Source: Camelus dromedarius (Eukaryota). From it: a DNA stretch of 64,000 nucleotides. A model generated the notes under the pieces. That model had not been told where the DNA came from, did no database searches, and worked only from the letters and a program-made list of their open reading frames with translations. A program made the position numbers and the translations under genes. Every line of letters begins with the position of its first letter. Position 1 is the first letter of the stretch. Positions 51,112-63,462 of this stretch are shown piece by piece. The DNA is taken from positions 98,458,001-98,522,000 of the forward strand of contig NC_087436.1 of NCBI RefSeq assembly GCF_036321535.1, read 5' to 3'.

Positions 51112-54100
51112 TTATGTGTTATTGATTATCAGTGGTATTACATTAAATAGCCACCTTAAAATTCTAGGGTATTGCTTATATATCTGAATTGATAGAGAGA
51201 GGAGTCACTATGGATACTTTTGTAATATCAACCAAACTTCAAGTTACGGGAGAAAAAAATTGCTTAGTTTTAATACTAATAAACAAATCTGTGCCTCAGT
51301 CTATTTGGATTTGAAAATGTTCTACTCAGTTATTCATTTATGTATGCTAATTAAAAGATGAATTTTTTCTAAATCCTTTAAAGCACAGAAAATAACAAGC
51401 CTCACATAATATCTGAGTTTTTTCACCCAGACCTTAACTTATTTTCTGAGGCTACTATATTGTTTAAACAAAGTACATTTTTAAAAATCACCAAATATAT
51501 GTGTCTTTCCCCGTCTAGAGTGTGTGTCCCCAAACACAGAATGTGTATTACATACTCGTTTATTTGAAAGTTTCTTACAATATTTCTAACACACAGCAGG
51601 CACTAAGAATTGTTACTTGAAAAATAATAATTAAAAATAATTGCACTGAGAGGGAATTGTGACAAGTGTTGGGTGTCTTGATTTACGGGCACTGTGGTGT
51701 TACCTTGGATCTGTTGAGTATGTTAGAGACTGTACTGTCTTTTTAAAATTACATCTCAACGAAATTGATAAAATTTAAATGGTAGGTTCAAGAGGAGAAA
51801 CCTGAAGTATTTCAGAATAAAAGAGGAATAGAAAGAAGAAACAGAGTATGGTTCATTTTCCTCCTGTGCCTAATACAGTAAGGTTAGGGTGAGTCCTAGT
51901 CTCATCAGAGCTTACCAATAGCAGTCCTAAGGAAAGCCAAGGATTCTTGATTTTACCAAGAATCATTTTGTCCTACATGTGTGCATTCCAGTGGTTGCAC
52001 GTGAGATTCTGGGTATTATTTTAGTTAATTAGCTTTCTCTTTCTTAGATTCAGAACCAAGAATGGTTTGAGTGTAAAAATGTCACAACACGATGGTTTGT
52101 TCTTCAAGCTTCTTAGGGTTGTGTTATTTCCTCTGTGACATCTGAAGATGAAGACCAAAGTCAATAAGCATTATCAACATTACTAAAAAATGTTAGTAAG
52201 AGTCTGTCTAGAGGTGGGAAAGGATGGGGTTATTTTGGGGGAGTTGACTTACATAGAGTGGGGCACTGCTTTTATGAGCTCTTTCCATATGGTAGAGAAC
52301 AGACTTCACTCTACTTTCTCCCTCATAATTCTTGTTCTTTCATCTGTATTGCTGCCTAGCCCAGACATCAAAGTTTTTACTAGTTTAATGCCATTTTCTT
52401 CACACTCCAAAATGTTACATAAAGTTTTTTTTTTATGGTTATTATTGTGGAGTTCCTATAAGAGCATGGAATTTAAGATAAAAATGAGAAATATACATAT
52501 ACTCGAACACGTATATTCCTGAAGAAGCAGATTAAACCTCTTTTTTTTTCTCACGAAGTTAAACTGCATTTATTTGTTGGTAAACTTGGATTATTAAATC
52601 ATTCTTTCAAGAAATAATATCTGTTCGTTTTACTATTTAGTGTGATTATCTAGCACTGCAATTTAGTATGAGTTGCTTCTATTGCTTTTGCACATGGATG
52701 AGAGACAAGTTTTAAACAAGAATTAATCTACTATTAATCACCCGTTATATAGAATGTGGCATACAATGCGTTTTAAAATTTTCATTAGTATTTTAAACAA
52801 CGTAAGTCTTATGTAAATAAAGTTAATTATGGTCTAAGCCATATTTATCAGAAGTAATTTCCAAGCAATGGGATTGATATCATGAAACATTGACAATTTG
52901 GAGAACTTTTGGATAATTAATTCAATAGTTTGTGCCAAAGTTAGTCATTCACAATGAATTGCAGTTGGTTAAGATAATGATTATATTGAAAACAAAGAAT
53001 TGATTGTTTCTTCAAAAGATGCATGCAGGCACACATCCACATACCTACACCACGATCCCCATGAATAGCACGATGTTTTTTAATTTGTTAGTGAAAATGA
53101 AAAGGGGATAGATGAATAAATGAAATATTTATATATCGAGTTAACTTTTAATACCTCTCAAACTTCGAACTACAAAAATTACAACAATGAGCAATATTTT
53201 TTTATCTGGGTTAATCCATTATCCTCTCAGGAATTAAACAAAACTATAGATATCTTCCCATATAAGACATAAAAGCACATTTAAATAATAGCACTGCCTG
53301 TTTGACAAATGCAATTAAATTTTATTGGAATGACTTTTTTTTTTCCTACCAGTTGATATTAGCTATGTGAAGTAATGATATCTTTATATTTAAAAATTTG
53401 AGTATTCACAATGTGCTTTAAATTGTACAAACCTTATTCAAGTTTTGGTAACAGTGTTGTTCGTATTTTAACTGCTAAAAAATATAGTTACATTATTCTT
53501 ATTGAAAAACCCAGCTCATTCTTTGGATGTATAATTGTCAGTGAATGATTTTTTCGGGAACCCAAGTGCAATTATATGCAATTAAAAGAAAGTCGAAATA
53601 TTAAGGAAAGAGCATACAATTTGCCTATAGCGGTTTCTACTGCTGTTGCAGTTGGCTCACTTAAAATGCCAAATTGAGGTCATTTTCTTAGTCATCTTCA
53701 TGCTCCACTGACGAAAATCTGTGCTTTCAGCTTTTCTCAGTAGTGGCCCTGTCTCAAGGACTTTCAGGAAATGTTTCTTAAACTGTACAGACTTGTACAT
53801 TTTAAGTTTAACTTGGTAAACACACTAGCCAAAAAAAAAAAAAGTCTGAACAATACCATTTTCTCAAACTAACCAGCATGTCATATACAAAAAATTGGAC
53901 ATAGTGAAAAATGGACATGCTGGTAAGAAAAATCCACTGTCAAGACCCATTTTGTTTTCAAAGAAGGAATACAAAGAGAAAGAATGAGTGTTGTCTGCAG
54001 ACCAAAGCAGCTGGCCAGTGTAATGCACCGCTGATGGCACTTGTCACACAGGAACTGGGAGGAAAGGAGACAGGAAAGGTGATGCCCTGAGAAGCCGTTT

Positions 54101-55724
54101 ACCAGTGAGCTTGACTGAAAGAGCCCCACATGCGTCTCACATTAGTTGCAGCTCCCATCTGGCCATTATTAACATTTGTTAAGAATATTTGTCCAAGCAC
54201 TTACATTTAGCCCACCTTGTCATCATTCAGTGTCCTCAAAGAGCAGAAATATAATTACCCAGCTCAGAGGAAAAAGGAAATCATTTTCAATAACAGCGTG
54301 ACACAAGATGGAGCTGTAGAATACAGAATCGTGCTGCATTTATGCGGCCGGGGGGGGGGGGGGGATAACTGATGAAATCTGTGGGAGAGACAACACGTAA
54401 AATGGATTTGTGGATACTCCCAAACAAGTTTGTTTGGTTCTGGCTTTGTTTAAGAGATGGCTTATTGACCTAAATCCATTGTAGAGGTTAAAATGTGAAT
54501 TAGGAAAAAAATGTTGGTATCTAAATGACATGGAATCAAATATTGTAAATGAAGTTGCCATGCAGCTAAAAATACGAGTTTTATGTTTAATAAATTCACC
54601 CCACAGTAAAGAAAACAACGTATGTTCTCATAAACTGGCAACACTGCATTCCATTGTTTGTGTCCTCTTTGACGCTGCTTTATAGTAAAGACTAATTGAT
54701 ATTTTAACTCTGCTGATTTGGAAGCAGTTCTTGTTTGAAAAGGGAAATAAGAGTAAAGATTCTGCTTCTTCTGATAAACACCAAATTATCCAATTTAATA
54801 ATGTTCCCAAATTTCTGTCAGTTTTCTTTTACTTTTTACTTATTTTGGCTGAATCCTCTTAAAAATATGAATAGATCAGTCCATCATACGTATCCCTTTA
54901 TGCAACTTACATAATTGTTTACGAAGCCCTTTCTAGAAGCTTTGCCAGAGCAGAGGCAGTATCATTATAATTCATGATACTAACAACAGTATGAGTAAAA
55001 TATGATGGCTTCCTTAAAAAATTCTGTGAGGAGAAATTAAATTCAAATAAAATCATAGTTTGCACTCATTTACTTATGATTTATCAAGTTGCTACCTTTC
55101 TGTTAGAAGCAAAATATTAGTCAGCATAGTAGTTGTTTATCTTGTAATTGCATATGCTGCTAGAAGCAGAAAAATCATTTAGATTAAAAAACACTATCTT
55201 TGCAAAGTTAGAACAATATTGACAGAGAACTTTCCAGTACATTCTGTAAGTGGAAAACAAATCAGGGAGTCTACTTTTTATTTTATAAAGGATGTTATTA
55301 ATGACGAATATGTGACAGAAAGATATTTAGAAAAAATAATTTCGTATAAAACCATTAGAAAGCAACTATTCTCTTTTTTTCTGGAGGTCATGTTTGTGAA
55401 TTAAATGTGCTTGTGAAATCTCATTACTAGCAGGTTACATGTCATATTTTCTATTTTGTGGGTGATGTTGCCTGACAAACTGATTGATTCTAGACCCTCA
55501 TAAAAAGAAAATAAATTGTAAAACATCTGTGAATTTCTGTTGATTATATTGATAAATAAATATTACCAGCGTGGTAGTAACTACTCTACTAACAAATTAA
55601 TCTTAACCTTTCTATCAGACATTTATAAGTAGATATAGCATAAAATAAAGCCCTTCTCCATTGAATCTATTATATGTTATAGATTTTAAGGTATAAGTTA
55701 AAACTGTAAAAAAAAACCAAATAA

Positions 55725-56210
55725 TGTAAGATAAACTGCATATATTTAAAATCAATATTAACATTAATGAATATTAATGTAAATATACAGAATAAACACA
55801 TCAATAAAGTTAGGATAATGAATAATTCATCACCCCCAAATGTCCTAATGACTTTTTATAATTCTCTTTTTTAAAACCCATGCTTCAGACAACAAATGAT
55901 TGTTTTGTGTCACTGCAGATTAGTTTGCATTTATTGGAAGTTCATATTAATAAAATCACATAGTGTGTACTCTTTTCTTGTCTGGCTTCTTTCATTTAAG
56001 ATAATGACTGTGTATCAATATTTTGTTCATTATTTATGGCTGAGCAGTATGCCAGTTTATGGATAGGATACATTGTAATTTTTTAATCTATGCACCCATT
56101 GGTGGACATTGGGTTATTTCCTGTTTGGGGCTATTAGAAGGGAAAAAAAGCTGCTCTAACCATTTGAGTACAAGTCTTTATTTGGGCATATATTTTCATT
56201 TTTTATGAGT
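55725..56210 (-). mobile_element. L1MD/ME-like 3' end
   Basis: cactgcagattagtttgcattt...tgtctggcttctttcatt...ttggtggacattgggttatttcctgtttggggctatta. Confidence 0.85.
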
Positions 56211-56706
56211 ATCTTTCCACTCTGGCTGGTGGAACCACAATCTATCCCACGCCTTGGGTGAACTCTAGCCATTGTTCCATTGCTCCCTTCTGTTGGTTCT
56301 TTCCTGGCTTTGATAGTTGTTAATAAAATTCAATAAAATAACCACTCAGCTAAAGTCCCCAGAGCCCTTTCTCTCTGCAGCACTGTTCTCTCGGGACTCT
56401 GCCCCATGAGTTGAATGTAGCTGACGCTGCCTTCTTGAGCTTTGTCTCCTCAACTTAGGGAGGCTTCTGGCTCTGTTTAGTTTCACTTGCTGCCTAGAAA
56501 CTCTCCCCAGGGCATCAGCTGAGACAACTGTAGGGCTCACCTTGTTTGTTTCTTTTCTTTCAGGGATCACTTCCCTGTTCTGAAATGTCTGAAAACCGCT
56601 TGTTTGTATATTCATATATTGTCTCCAGTTTATTTATTTTTGATTGTTTAAGGAGAAAGGGTGAGGGGTAAGTTTGGTCTTTGTTACTCTGTCATAGTCA
56701 GAAGGA
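56211..56706 (-). mobile_element. L1MD/ME-like 5'UTR end
   Basis: tttccactctggctggtggaac...gtagggctcaccttgtttgttt...cagggatcac...tgtctgaaaacc...ttactctgtcatagtcagaag. Confidence 0.75.
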
Positions 56707-57141
56707 TGTATGAACTGTAAACTCTTAAATTAAAAGTTAGTGCTGAAAAGTGGCATTCTTTCTAGCTGGTAATCTACCATAGGAGTTTGGCAAAGTGGTT
56801 GGAGTTAGACAAGTTTTCATTAGACATTGCCAAGTTGCCAGTCTCAAGAATGTTCATCAATTTCTCTTTCTATGTGAGCTCTTTCAGGATCCTGGATCCC
56901 ACTGAAATCTATGGTCTGGTTCCTTCTGACTTCTCTGTCAAAGTGTCAGTAGTGATGCTCACATGGTAATTAGGAAAACATGAACAAAATTGATATTTCC
57001 TTCAATACATTACCGTTGCCACCTTCTAACTCAGGTACATCTACAAGAGTTAATGTCTACTCTCAGCGTCCCCAAAGATTTCTCAGAGTTTTTGTTTTTT
57101 GTTTTTTTTACCTATCTGAGGATAGATTTGGGGCAAGAAAG

Positions 57142-57720
57142 TGTTAGGTAGTTAGATAAGTAGGGGCACCGGGCAGGTAGGTGGAGGAGAAGGAGGATGG
57201 TCTGGAAGATGGCGTTATGCCTACCTCTAGCATAAAGGGACTTTACTTCTTCTAAGTGAGTGCAGGAAAAAAACCAAAAACAAAAACACAACAAAAACAA
57301 CAACTGGTTAAAACCCGATAGCCATGACTGCGCAGTAGCAGAAAGGACTTAACCTGACATAACCAATGTTCATTGTATTATAATTAACATTGTGGTTAGC
57401 ACCCCTCCACCATGGTTTTTTCTGTGTACACCGTGGGTGAGGACATGCTCAAAGGGGCCAAGCATGACTAAGCACTCCAGGGACAAGAGCCATCAATCAA
57501 TCAAGAGACCACTTCTAAGCGAGGGTATAAGGGAAAGGGAGACAAAACCCACCGCTTTCTCCTCTCTTGGATCAGCCTGACTCCCGTTCTTGGGGGTGTA
57601 CTTTTCCTTTCCTTTTAAATAAATCTTTGAAATCCTTCGCTTCCCAATGCACTGTCTCCCAACTGCAAACTTATCTTTTGGGTATGACAAGAACTGACGC
57701 ATTTACCTTTTGGGGTAACA
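57142..57720 (+). mobile_element. Young ERV1-type solo LTR, 579 bp
   Basis: tgttagg...ggtaaca (TGTTA/TAACA inverted ends); perfect 4-bp TSD aaag (57138-41 / 57721-24); CCAAT at 57363, TATAA at 57526, AATAAA at 57618. Confidence 0.92.
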
Positions 57721-60472
57721 AAAGCAGGAACAATGCTACGTTACGATCTCGACAGTAAACATAAGCTAGTTCTTTTTCTTTTTATTATACACTTTTTTTT
57801 TGGAAGCAATCTCTTACCCAGGGACTTACCAATCACATTAATTCGTTTTAATGAGTATCGATTTAAATTGTTTTATTGAGTACATGCAGTCCATATGCTT
57901 TCACTGTGAGAGAAGATTATTATAAAGATGAGTGTGAGATGTTTCCAAGTTTCACGGTACCCATGAGACCCCTGGTCTGGGATACCAGCATTAATGATAA
58001 AAGGGTCAGATTGTAAAATGAGAAATGTTAAGAAGCCATCAGAGCAAGGAGGCATGACTTCTAAGGCACAGATCTTTATTTACCTGAGGCAACATGACGT
58101 CAGCCCAAATGTATCTGCTGAATGGCAATGAAATTTCAAAATAGTAATCACATTTTCATCACAAGTAAATCATTTGTTGTTTCATTCTCACAAATACACA
58201 TTCAACCTCATCTAGCTTTTGCCTGTTAAGTGGTACATTTCAGGAATAACAATATATTTTTTAGAGAAAATGTGTGAAATCTACATTATCATTACATTTT
58301 CTACTGAATTTTAATATTTTAAAGTTTGGGTTAATTTAGGTTTTTAAAAACTGCAAATGAAGAAATACAAAGATTTAGGCTGCCTAAACCAAATGTCAGA
58401 TATTCTGATAAGCCTCTAGTTTTCTCAATTTTAGAATAAATTCATGGAAAATAGTGACAAAATTTTGTGTACAAATACTAATTGAAAATTGTTATCTTTT
58501 GATTGATTTCTAAAATTAATTATTAATTTTTAAAATACTAATAATTCTAGAAAATATCTTGATTTTAAAGATTGTAAACTGCTGAGAAACCTATTCAAAA
58601 TTATTTCATCCTTTAGTGTCAATTGAATGTAAGTTTGTGATTTGGAATTTGAATGTTCAGAAGTAGGGTTATAATTCAAGATGTGAGAAAATCGGTATCA
58701 TTAGAAAAATGCTGTAGCCCTGATTATTCACATTGCCCTTAACTTATTCAAATTCATATGCTTTATTACTAACAGAGAAGAATGATCATGTGGTAATCAA
58801 GGAGATGAAGTGGAAAGGGCACAAAAAAATAACTTGAAAAGATATCACACTGACAAGTGAAACAACTGCAGTATTAACATTTCTTTCAATGAAAAAAATT
58901 TATTGGGGAGAGACTTTGGTAAATTAATAAAATAAAACATAAATATATACAAATAAAAATTTTAAATACTTAACTTACTCTTGATTTTTATATAAAATCA
59001 TCTTGAATCATAGAAAATAATAGAATATATTTTTTCTAATAAGTTATTTACTGATTAATATTGAAATAGTTCATGTTCTTTCAAAACAGTGAATACCCAG
59101 TAGAATTATTTAAAATACTTAGATGTGATAAGATATATTGCATCAGGTAAATAATGCCTGGCATTTAATTTCAAGCATTTGCATTTTTTTTAACTTTCCA
59201 TACAAAACATACTATATTTTAGAAGATTTTGTCAGTAGGTTCTTTATTTACTCAGAGGAATTAATTCTGTTAAATATTAGATGATTAATAGTTCTTATTA
59301 ACAAAACAGAAAAAATGATAGTGTATTACTCAGTATTTAATTTATTAGAAAATTCTTAGATAGTTTTAATACAGTTCAGCAAATTTCTGTAATTTCTCTG
59401 ATGACTTGACAGAAAATAAATACATTATTTTACTTTATCAAAATGGTGACGCGAACCCAGAAAGAAAATAGAAGCCTTGTGCAAGAATCTGGGGCCCTCA
59501 AAAAAGAGTAAAATCTGATTGTAAAATACTTTAAGGATTATAAGGTGCAAAACATTTTGAGCAGTCCCAAAATGAATCCCTCTGCAAAGATGGCAGAATA
59601 AAAGTATCACTTCTGCTATTTCAATCTGCTGTCCTTTCAGACTCTTCTAGTCTCACTCGCTCAGCAGCAGTCCCTCAGACCTGAAATGATTTCTTTTCTT
59701 TTTGATCGGGTCCATATGAATACTGTGTTTGGGGACTTCAAGCTGGCATTCGTCTTCCCTGAATTTCTTCCTTCAAAGCAGGTCACGGTGCAGTTAAATG
59801 GGCAGTGCCAGCAGTAGTGGATCGAGAGACGAAGGCTTCAAAAGCGACAAAAGTAATGCCCATTCTCCCAGCATTTCTCCAGGGACCGGATGGGATGGTT
59901 CTTTTCTGGAACTTGACAGAACTCTCTTTCTTTTTTCTCTGCCACTGTTGGAAAATTGAGTCAAAAGTTCCCCTGGGAGTTTTGCTGTATTGGTAGTCAT
60001 TGCATTTTATCTCTTGGGACTCTTCTACAAGCTACTGCTTTTTTATCTAGAGAACAGAATAACTGTTCATTGTGACTGTGTTGTGTGTGTGTGTTTTGAT
60101 GAAAATGAAACTAAGAACAAAGTATAAATATGAGAAGAAACTTTTTGTGGTGTTACTTAATATGTGGAACTCAAATCTCAATAATGCAATCAACAAATAT
60201 TTTTAAAAGATCTAGTCTGAGGCGCAGTACCGGAGTTCTGAATGCTGGAGCAGATCAGGGAAGAAATATTGTTCTGTTCTCAAGAAGGTCATTCTCATAA
60301 TTAGCTTCAGTACTACTGTCACTGGCATTCATGTTGTACCAGTAGATTTAGTGTTTGTGTGTGTGTATTTTAAGTAAACCTACATGAAGAATTCAATTGT
60401 AAAAGCAATGGGAGAGCATAGTAAAAATCAGATTAACCAGTATAGAATTGTGCATAATAAAAAGGAAATTTT

Positions 60473-62153
60473 GAAGACGGAGAAGATGGCGGAGTAGAAG
60501 GACGCTCGCAGGTCACCCTCTCCCACAAATACACCAAGACCCACATCTACAGACCCACTCAGCCAACCAGAGCACCTGCGGAACTCCGACAGAACATCGC
60601 CCTCTTCAAAAGATAAAGACGCCAAAAATCTGGTAGGAGAAAAGGAAAAAAGAAAGAACAAAAGGCAAAGCAGCGTGGGACGGGTCCCACGGGGAGGGAG
60701 CAGCAAAGGAGGACTGGCGCTCGCTCGCTGGGTCTCCCCTCTCCAACTGAGAGGCCAGCGGGACGGAGGGGGAGCCTCCGAGGCTCGGATCTGTACAGAG
60801 CAGCCCTTGACTGACAGAACTAAGTTAAACAGGCACAGAGCGTCCCCCCGACACCCAGCCTGAGACGCGGGCCGGCAGCGGCGGGCAGGGCCAGGCTTCA
60901 CAAGCCGGGCGGAGGACGGAAGTGGCTGCACGGAGGCAGCCCCGGGGGAACGCAAGGGGCTGCGCGCCGTGGCTGTGGGTGCACAGGGCAGAACAACCTG
61001 GGCCCTCCATAAAACAGCAAGGTTGATGTGCTCTCGGGGGAAGGGTGCACACCCCCATCTCTGAAAACCCGCGGAAAGTTTTCGGGGGAAGAGAGGTGGG
61101 GCTCAGGCACAGCCGCCATATCCCCCACGCTGAGCACTCAGGCGGGGGCGGGGGGCGAAAACTGCATCCGCACCAAAGGGCTTAGCAGCCTCAAAGGCCA
61201 GACAGACTGGCCTGCGGCCCGGGGCAGATAGGATCCTTCCATCCTGGTCCCTCAGAGAACTTGCTCCACAAAGACAAACAAGGAGCTGGGTTTTGGCTCT
61301 GAGCAGGGACAGGGATGTCCGTCGGTCTTCCCCGAGCCCACCTACGGAGCGCCGACCAGGGCGGAGCGCGCAGCTGCACAGAGAGCGGAACTACCCGCGG
61401 CGCAGGTAGAGGGAGAGCGGCCCCCCCGCCTTTCGGGCAGGAACACAGCCCCTGACCGAGGTGCTGGGAGGGGGCACAACCCGCCCTCCTACCTGGCCAG
61501 TCTGCAACATCTGACTGCGGCATCCGGAGGGGCAGCGACCCGCCCGCCCACAGCAGAGAGCTGCACCTGACCCAGTGTTAGGAGGAGGTGCGATCTGCTT
61601 GCCGACAGGTGCTGGGAGCAGCACAGAAGAGGGCGCCAACGGAGGGCCTCTGAAAACAGCAAGCTGAGCTTCCAAAACAGGACGAAGACAGAAAGACTTC
61701 ACATTAAAAGCACACAGACTCCAGGAGAACACCGACAAACCCCCCCCCCCCCGCCTTTTTTTTTTTTTTAAATCTGTTTTTACCTGTTCTATTTTCTATT
61801 ACTCTCTGAATCTTTACTTCTTAATTCATTTCTATTTCTCTTGGGTTTTGATGTCCTGCTATTGATTAGACACAGGTTTCAAATACATCTATTCATCTCC
61901 CCCCCCCCTTTTTTTGTAAAGGTTTTAAAAGGACGTCTCAACCCGATTAATACTCTGCTTCAACTCACTCTTCTATTATTCATTATACACTGTTTTCAAA
62001 CCCTCTTTCTCCCTTTTTTTTAAAATTCTTTCTCTCTCATTTTTTTTTTTCTTTTTTTCCTAAGTTCTATTCCCAAATAGGCATCAGATAGATAAAATCC
62101 TTAAGGACCAAAATAAACAACTGATACTCCATAAACCACAGTGCCAAAGAGGT
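60473..62153 (+). promoter_or_regulatory. L1 5'UTR internal promoter / CpG island
   Basis: YY1 motif at the 5' end, dense CpGs to about 61740, then a T-rich tract before ORF1. Confidence 0.85.
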
Positions 62154-63058
62154 ATGAGCAAGATGAAGAAGCAGAGAAACCTTTCCCAATTAAAAGAACA
62201 AGAGAAATCCCCTGAAAGAAAGATCAACGAAATAGACATCGATAGCCTATTAGATCAAGATTTCAAAAAAGGAGTCATCTAATTGCTGAAGGAATTAAAA
62301 GAGATAGTGTTTAGAGATATAAAATATGTCAAAAATGAAATTGAAGCTATAAAGAAGAGCCAAGTAGAATGGGTAAACTCATTGACAGAGATGAGGAATG
62401 ATCTAATAGCTGTGCAAAGCCGACTAGATAATGCAGAGGAACGAATTAGTGATCTAGAAGACAGGGCAATAGAAATCACCCATTCAGAAGAACTACAAGA
62501 GAAGCAAATAAAAAATAATGAAAATAGCATAAGGGACCTATGGGATAATATAAAGCCTCCCAATCTTTGCATAATAGGGGTCCCAGAAGGAGAAGAAAGA
62601 TCAAAGGGGATTGAAAAGGTTTTTGAAGAAATCATGACTGAAAACTTCCCAAACCTAAAGAAGGAATCAGATATCCAAGTACAGGAAGCTCAGAGGGTCC
62701 CAAACAGGAAGAACCCAAATAGACCCACACCAAGACATATCATAATCAAGATGGCCAGAGTCAAGGATAAAGAAATGATTCTAAAGGCAGCAAGAGAAAA
62801 GCAAAGAGTAAGTTACAAGGGAACCCCCATAAGGCTCTCAGCTGATTTCTCTACACAAACACTACAGACCAGAAGGGAGTGGCAAGATATATTCAAAGCC
62901 CTGAATGAAAAAAAGATGCAGCCTAGGATCCTTTATCCAGCAAGTCTATCCTTGAGGACAGAAGGAGAAATAAAGAGTTTCACAGACAAAAAAAAAAGCT
63001 GCAGGAGTTTAGCAACACTAAACCCATGCTAAAAGAAATATTGAAAGGGCTATTCTAA
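62154..63058 (+). pseudogene. L1 ORF1p, disrupted
   Basis: MSKMKKQRNLSQLKEQEKSPE...; in-frame TAA at codon 43 (62280-82); coiled-coil, NLCIIGVPEGEE, PTPRHIIIK and RREW motifs follow; poly(A) frameshift at about 62987-97; native-looking end ...LKGLF* at 63056-58. Confidence 0.93.
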
Positions 63059-63462
63059 ATAGAAAAGCAGCAGGATGCTACAGAAATGAGAAACATACAA
63101 CTGGAAAGGTGATAACTCATGAATTACAAATAAAGTAAACAAGAAATTATAAAAGAAGACATACAGATCACTGAGAGTGGGAGAGGGAGGCAGGGAAATA
63201 TAGAATATTTTTTTCTTTCTTTTTTAAATTTTGTTAACAGTAGGATGGGTTTGAGATCATGTTACTATCAGTTTAATAAAAACAGTTATAGTAATGGGTT
63301 GACAGATTTACAAAAAAGGGTAACCACCAGCCAAAAATTTACAAAGGAGTCACAAAAATTAAATAAAATCCATGATAATACAAAGGAAAATTACCAAACC
63401 ACAAAAGGAAGAAGAAAGGAACAAAGAGGATATACCAATTCAACTGCAAAGATAAGTTCAAA

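Noticed and set aside
1478..59996. Remaining 60-130 aa ORFs in the track
   Set aside because: Many have non-ATG starts, lie in LTR/L2/microsatellite sequence or have low-complexity composition. None resembles a protein family I recognise, and I found no consistent multi-exon chain.
60428..61738. ORFs in the L1 5'UTR, including a 175-aa antisense ORF0-like frame
   Set aside because: GC-rich sequence is poor in stops; the 175-aa frame starts at TTG and shows no similarity to anything I recognise.
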